A DNA stretch of 32,000 bases from Sphingomonadales bacterium (GTDB taxonomy: Bacteria > Pseudomonadota > Alphaproteobacteria > Sphingomonadales > Sphingomonadaceae), in NCBI GenBank assembly GCA_038229555.1, contig JBBROI010000001.1, positions 253,678 through 285,677 of the forward strand. Reading direction: 5' to 3'. Both the position numbers and the translations under genes were made by a program. Of the stretch, positions 27,778-32,000 are shown in pieces. The first letter of the stretch is position 1; each line of letters starts with the position of its first letter. Under the pieces are notes generated by a model that made no database searches, was not told where the DNA came from, and saw nothing but the letters and a program-made list of their open reading frames with translations.

Positions 27778-28478
27778 CGGACGTAGCTGGCCCCATTGAT
27801 GTCGAGCGTCGCCCCGGTCAGCGACGGCGGCGCATCGAGCGCCAGCCAGCGGATGGTCTCGGCGACTTCCCCGGCGTCGGCGACCTTGCCGAGCGGAATG
27901 TCGGCCAGCAGCGTGTCGCCGCCGCGCGACGCCAAATAGTCCGCCGCCATTCCGGTCATGGTGAAGCCGGGCGCGACCGCGAACGCCAGCACCCCGTCCC
28001 GCGCATAGGCCCGCGCGATGGTCTTGGTCAGCGCGATCAATCCGCCTTTGGCGGCGGCATAGTGCCAATGCTGTGGAGAATCGCCGCGATGTCCGGCGCG
28101 GCTGGCGACGTTGACGATGCGTCCGCCGCCATGCGCGCGAAAATGCCGGACGGCATGGCGGCACAGATCGGCAGGGGCTTGCAGGTTGATGGCGTTCGAC
28201 CGCGCCCACATCGCGTCGAAGGCGTCGTCGGTATCGTCGATATCGACGCCTTCGAAGACTCCGGCGTTATTGATCAGAACGTCGATCCGCCCGCCGCTCG
28301 CGTCGAGCGCCGCCTTCCAGAGCGCATCGGCGCTACGGGGTACGGCGAGGTCGGCGGCGATCAGCCCGTCGTCGCCCAGCGTCGATTGGCCGATGACATG
28401 GGCGCCGGCGGCGGTGAGCGCCGCGCGGGCGGCGGCACCGATGCCGCGCGAGGCACCGGTCAGGAGGATGGTTGTCAT
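27774..28478 (-). CDS. Short-chain dehydrogenase/reductase
   Basis: TGASRGIG cofactor motif, NNAG, catalytic YAAAKGG (YxxxK). 234 aa. Confidence 0.88.
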   Translation of the reverse strand: MTTILLTGASRGIGAAARAALTAAGAHVIGQSTLGDDGLIAADLAVPRSADALWKAALDASGGRIDVLINNAGVFEGVDIDDTDDAFDAMWARSNAINLQAPADLCRHAVRHFRAHGGGRIVNVASRAGHRGDSPQHWHYAAAKGGLIALTKTIARAYARDGVLAFAVAPGFTMTGMAADYLASRGGDTLLADIPLGKVADAGEVAETIRWLALDAPPSLTGATLDINGASYVR

Positions 28479-28519
28479 GCGCGTTGCCTACTGCAGTCGG
28501 TGGCAGCCGGGAAGTCGGA

Positions 28520-30217
28520 TCACTTGGTGTCGCTATACACCGCAACGCTCGGTGCCAGCGGATCGAGCCGGACCCAGAGCGCCATCGCGCCAGCCGCCAC
28601 CGCCAGCACCAGCGCGACGTTAACCGCCGGCCGCCAGCGCCAGACCGGCAGCAGCGGCCAAAGCAGCAACAGCACCAGCGGCGCGAAGGCTGCTACCGCT
28701 GCGGGTATCGGACCGCCAACCCCGAGCAGGATGAAATGCGCAAAGCCGCCAGTCTGCGCCAGCGCCGGGACAGCGGCGAGCGCCGCGAGCCAGCGCGACG
28801 GCGCTCCGCGCGGCGGGGCGAGCGCCAGCACGGCAAGCGCCAGCAGCAGCGGCCATAAGACCACCGGACCGGCGGCGGGCATGAGCACTTGGACCGCGGT
28901 CGCCATGATAAGGCCAAGCAGCCCGAGCCCGAGCCAATTGCCGCGCCGCGCGGCTTCGGAGCCGCTGGTTCCGGCCATGATTGCCAACGCCGCGAGCACT
29001 AGCAGAAACGCCTGGATCTCGAGCCGGGGCAGGGCCGCGAGGCGGTCGTAATAGTTGGTCGGCCCGCCTGCGCCCGACAGCCAATTGCCAGCGAACAGCA
29101 GCGCCCCCGACAAGACCGCAAATCCCAACCCGCGCCCGACCCCCGCGATGATATCGCCCGGATAGCCGCCGCGGCGCACGAACGCCGCCGCCAGCAACAG
29201 CGCTGCGAGGCCGGTGAGCCCCCAGCCGATGACCGGTGGATAGGCGATAGTCGTCAGCCCGAGCACATCGGCGAAGACCGCATCGTCGCCGCGTGGCGGC
29301 AGGGCGTCGGCGCTGACCAGTGCGCGGGTAATGTCGAGCGCCTGCGCGCCAAGGTGCTGGACCGAGCCCTGTTCGATAGCGTCGGGCGTCGCCAGCGGCG
29401 AATGATATAGCCCGGCGCGACCGATAAACGCGAAATTGAACCCGGCGATACCGCGTGCCTTGGCGGGAGAAAAATCGGTGTTGTTGGGCAGCAGTTCGTA
29501 AATCTTGACTGCCATCGAGCTCGCCGACGGATTGGCCACGGTGCGGCGGAACAGATCGACCATCGCCGCATTGCCGCGACCGGTTTCGAACATATTGGCG
29601 CGCCCGCCGCCGCCGCGCGTTTCCAGATTGACGATGACGCCGATGCGTTTCGCCAGCGGATCGGTGGCGAGGAAAGCCTGCGCTCCTTCGAGCCCCAGTT
29701 CCTCACCATCGGTCAGAATGATCGCCAACCCACGCTTCAGCGGGACCGTTTGCAAGGCGCGAGCTATTTCGAGCACCGACGCGACCCCGGCGCTATCGTC
29801 GGCAGCTCCCGGCGAACCCCAGACGCTGTCATGGTGGGCCATCAGCGCGACCACCGGTCCGTTGGCGTCGCTCCCTGCGCGGGTGGCGACGATATTGGTC
29901 CCGAATGCGGTATCGGCGGCACCGCTCCATTTGGTCAGCCGCTCGCGGCCTTTGGCCGACAGTGGGAACCGCGTCTCACGGACATTGAACCCCAGCGCGG
30001 TCAGCCGCGCGACAAGGTGCGCGCGCACCTGCGCATCTTCGGGCGATCCCGTGACATGCGGCGCCTTGGCGATGATGCGGATGTCGGCCATTGCCCGTCC
30101 GGCGGCAAACAGTTGCGGCGCGGCGTCGGCGGGCAGCGCTGCCGGCGGTTGCGCCGTCCACCAGCCGATCAGCCCGGCGGCGAGCAGGGTCACGATAAAC
30201 CCGAACCAGCGCTGCAT
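28520..30217 (-). CDS. M28-family metallopeptidase fused to a C-terminal polytopic membrane domain
   Basis: ATG 30217 (GGGGGA RBS) within track ORF 28520..30298. N-terminal anchor MQRWFGFIVTLLAAGLIGWW. M28 metal-ligand motifs AHHDSV, DDSAG and TDGEELGLEGA. The last roughly 250 aa are multiple hydrophobic helices. Confidence 0.85.
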   Translation of the reverse strand: MQRWFGFIVTLLAAGLIGWWTAQPPAALPADAAPQLFAAGRAMADIRIIAKAPHVTGSPEDAQVRAHLVARLTALGFNVRETRFPLSAKGRERLTKWSGAADTAFGTNIVATRAGSDANGPVVALMAHHDSVWGSPGAADDSAGVASVLEIARALQTVPLKRGLAIILTDGEELGLEGAQAFLATDPLAKRIGVIVNLETRGGGGRANMFETGRGNAAMVDLFRRTVANPSASSMAVKIYELLPNNTDFSPAKARGIAGFNFAFIGRAGLYHSPLATPDAIEQGSVQHLGAQALDITRALVSADALPPRGDDAVFADVLGLTTIAYPPVIGWGLTGLAALLLAAAFVRRGGYPGDIIAGVGRGLGFAVLSGALLFAGNWLSGAGGPTNYYDRLAALPRLEIQAFLLVLAALAIMAGTSGSEAARRGNWLGLGLLGLIMATAVQVLMPAAGPVVLWPLLLALAVLALAPPRGAPSRWLAALAAVPALAQTGGFAHFILLGVGGPIPAAVAAFAPLVLLLLWPLLPVWRWRPAVNVALVLAVAAGAMALWVRLDPLAPSVAVYSDTK

Positions 30218-30293
30218 TTCGATGTCCCCCCGACGACCGCAACCTTGTGCGCCGCGTTCGCCCGTCGCGACAATAGTGTTTCGCAGCGGCCAA

Positions 30294-30334
30294 CCCAAAA
30301 CGCAAAACGGCCCGGGCTTGGGGCCCGGGCCGTT
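30294..30334 (-). terminator. Rho-independent terminator of the PEPxxWA-CTERM gene
   Basis: Arms AACGGCCCGGG at 30306-30316 and CCCGGGCCGTT at 30324-30334 form an 11-12 bp GC-rich stem. On the - strand it is followed by TTTTGCGTTTTGGG. Confidence 0.7.
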
Positions 30335-30355
30335 CGCTTCAGCGCGGTGGATGGT

Positions 30356-31078
30356 TTAGGCGGCGAGAGCAGCCGTGCGGCGGCGCATCGCGGCGCCGAC
30401 TATGCCGAAGCCGGCAATCAGCATCGCCCAAGCGGCAGGTTCCGGCACGGTGCTGCCGATGCCACCGGTGGCGTCGGCACCGAAGTTGCCGCTGACGGTT
30501 CCCGAAAACTGGGCGAGACCGCCGTTTGTGTTGGACGCCGAAAGCAATGGATTGATCGCGTTGATTGCCAGCGCAAGGTCGCGCGCCGTCGAAGTCGAGA
30601 AGTCGAGGAAATCCGACGTGAACGTGACAATATACGGCGGCGTCGAGGTGCCATAATTCGCCGTCGATCCGCCGATGTTGCCGGTGAGTGCGCCGCTGGT
30701 AAAGGCTGCCGTCAGCAGGTTGACACCCGTATGACCGTTATAGGTCACAGCCGATGACGACAGGAAACTGAGCGTGCCGGTCGTTACCGGAGCGATGCCG
30801 AGACCACCAAACACTGCACCGGCGGAGGTGGTAGCAGCAAGGTTGAAGGTCGCGGCGAAATCGGCAAAGCCAGCGCCCGAAGGATTGAGGAAGCGGAACG
30901 TTACCGGAGCGGCGGTGCTGCTCAGCAGCCCGGCACCATTTGCGGCACCGTTGAAATCGATATTCGAAATGCTGCTCGTCGGGATGAATGACGCAAACGC
31001 CGTGATAGCACTCGCCGAAGTTGCGAACGACATGGCTGCAATCGCGACCAGAGCCAATCCTGTTGCCTTCTTCATCAT
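30356..31078 (-). CDS. PEPxxWA-CTERM sorting-domain secreted protein (Gly/Ala/Thr/Ser-rich)
   Basis: Signal peptide MMKKATGLALVAIAAMSFATSASA. Tail VPEPAAWAMLIAGFGIVGAAMRRR. The tail coding sequence shares a 20-nt identical stretch (TGGGCGATGCTGATTGCCGG) with the tail of the 110-1300 gene. Confidence 0.85.
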   Translation of the reverse strand: MMKKATGLALVAIAAMSFATSASAITAFASFIPTSSISNIDFNGAANGAGLLSSTAAPVTFRFLNPSGAGFADFAATFNLAATTSAGAVFGGLGIAPVTTGTLSFLSSSAVTYNGHTGVNLLTAAFTSGALTGNIGGSTANYGTSTPPYIVTFTSDFLDFSTSTARDLALAINAINPLLSASNTNGGLAQFSGTVSGNFGADATGGIGSTVPEPAAWAMLIAGFGIVGAAMRRRTAALAA

Positions 31079-31135
31079 AAAACCCTTGTTGGAATGTGAG
31101 GTGTCAGGAGTCTGCTCCCTGTCGCACTAACACCC

Positions 31136-31147
31136 GTTCATATGAAC
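31136..31147. promoter_or_regulatory. 12-bp perfect palindrome GTTCATATGAAC upstream of the PEPxxWA-CTERM gene (candidate operator)
   Basis: Read directly. It lies 58-69 nt upstream of the ATG at 31078, in a 37% G+C stretch. Confidence 0.3.
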
Positions 31148-31467
31148 AGTTCCATAAAAAGTGATTTCGCTCGCGCAATAACCTGTTATAATTGCGAAAC
31201 AAAATCGACAAAGCCGAAACGACATCGGGCCGTTGGGCGAATATCGTCCGTCGCGCGAAGCATTGGAGCATTGGCGCATCGCCGTACCGATGAGGCCCAA
31301 TCCGGCGATTACTAACGGCATCGGGAAATCTGCATCTGTCCAGACGGGTCGACCGTCCGAACAAATTAAATCGTTTCGCCTGTAGCGTGTCGGAATTCTT
31401 TACACATTTCGCGTGTTCATTACCAAAGCGTTTCAAAAAAATGGCGTAAAATCAAGAATTATGCTCG

Positions 31468-31483
31468 TGGCACGATTCTTGCT
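31468..31483 (+). promoter_or_regulatory. Sigma-54 (RpoN) -24/-12 promoter
   Basis: TGGCACGATTCTTGCT matches TGGCACG-N4-TTGCW at every specified position. The GC of the -12 element is at 31481-31482, 39 nt before the ATG at 31521. My scan of every + strand TGGCAC in the window found no other with a correctly spaced TTGC; the - strand was only checked upstream of the 30356-31078 gene. Confidence 0.6.
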
Positions 31484-31520
31484 TGTAATACGATACCGGG
31501 GGGAAACCGGAGTAATTTAC

Positions 31521-32000
31521 ATGAAAATCTCGTCACGCTTTGCTCTCCCAATCGCAGCCGCTCTCTTTACGTTCGCTTCGGCTGCTCAAGCCGTCGTCAT
31601 TCCTGGCGTGTACAACACCGGCCTCGGTGTTGGCGGTTCGGCGCTTGCTGCCGGTGATGGGCAGATCGACGCCAACTACGTCGTGCTGTCGAGCGATGCC
31701 GGTGCCACCGTCGGTGCCCATGCACTGACGTATTACAATGGTGCCTATCTCCAGGACGGTCCGCTGTCGCGCATCGTCAATTTCACTGGTGACGGTTCGG
31801 GCAATGCGGGCACCACCACGACCTTCCGCACGACCTTCAGCCTTGCTGGTTACGACTTCGCCAACGCGACGCTGTCGGGTCAGGCGCTGTTCGACAATTT
31901 CGGCGAAATCTTTCTCAACGGCAATCAGGTCGGCGGCACGATCACCGGCTTTGGTTCACTGGCACCGTTCGGCACCAATGCGAATTTCTTCACTGCTGGC
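31521..32000 (+). CDS. Secreted protein, 3'-truncated by the window end; probable PEP-CTERM-family cargo
   Basis: Hand-translated open frame of 160 codons to the window edge. GGAG at 31509-31512. Signal peptide MKISSRFALPIAAALFTFASAAQA. The N-terminal pattern VIPGVYNTGLG...DANYVVLSS...TFRTTFSLAG...LFDNFGEIFLNG recalls a domain I have seen on PEP-CTERM proteins. The C-terminus is not visible. Confidence 0.65.
   Translation, partial: MKISSRFALPIAAALFTFASAAQAVVIPGVYNTGLGVGGSALAAGDGQIDANYVVLSSDAGATVGAHALTYYNGAYLQDGPLSRIVNFTGDGSGNAGTTTTFRTTFSLAGYDFANATLSGQALFDNFGEIFLNGNQVGGTITGFGSLAPFGTNANFFTAG

Noticed and set aside
31079-31300. A second sigma-54 promoter for the - strand PEPxxWA-CTERM gene. A sigma-54-like TGGAGCATTGGCGCA on the + strand was also considered.
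   Set aside because: No GCAA-N5-GTGCCA pattern occurs on the + strand. In the + strand candidate the GC falls one position off the required GG-N10-GC spacing.
31450-31462. IHF-like site AATCAAGAATTAT just upstream of the sigma-54 -24 box.
   Set aside because: It does not satisfy WATCAA-N4-TTR (TAT instead of TTR at the right spacing). It also lies too close to the -24 element for the usual IHF position between the activator site and the promoter.

Overview
High-GC alphaproteobacterial chromosome segment. Hand counts give about 73% G+C in core genes. It is most likely Sphingomonadales, because it has PEPxxWA-type sorting tails and a Zymomonas-like hpn gene order. Positions 1512-15929 hold a near-complete hopanoid biosynthesis supercluster. 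An unnamed secreted TPR protein is translationally coupled to hpnA-hpnB-hpnC-hpnD-hpnE, followed by shc and hpnG on the + strand. A convergent hpnI-hpnJ-hpnL-hpnH unit lies on the - strand, and hpnM diverges from it. Three copies of one nested-palindrome repeat family fill the larger intergenic gaps of this cluster. The right half is housekeeping (hisS, prfA, prmC, recN, ligA, prmA), interrupted by small lower-GC islets. One islet is a compositional break inside hisS, followed by a tiny AT-rich membrane ORF and an orphan HicB antitoxin gene that abuts the prfA start. Another is an Mrr-type nuclease 12 nt after recN. A third is a 64-aa antitoxin-tail-like ORF coupled to a DoxX-like gene. An LpxR-family outer-membrane gene, an SDR and an M28 peptidase fused to a polytopic membrane domain are also present. 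Both window ends encode secreted proteins with, or likely with, PEPxxWA-CTERM exosortase signals. The last of these is preceded by a near-perfect sigma-54 -24/-12 promoter. I saw no rRNA, CRISPR, transposase or integrase. I cannot show a clearly new multi-gene system. The best leads are the TPR protein heading the hpn operon, the sigma-54 / PEP-CTERM link, the HicB-prfA junction, the mosaic hisS and the recN-adjacent nuclease. All family assignments come from motif reading and memory, not from searches.
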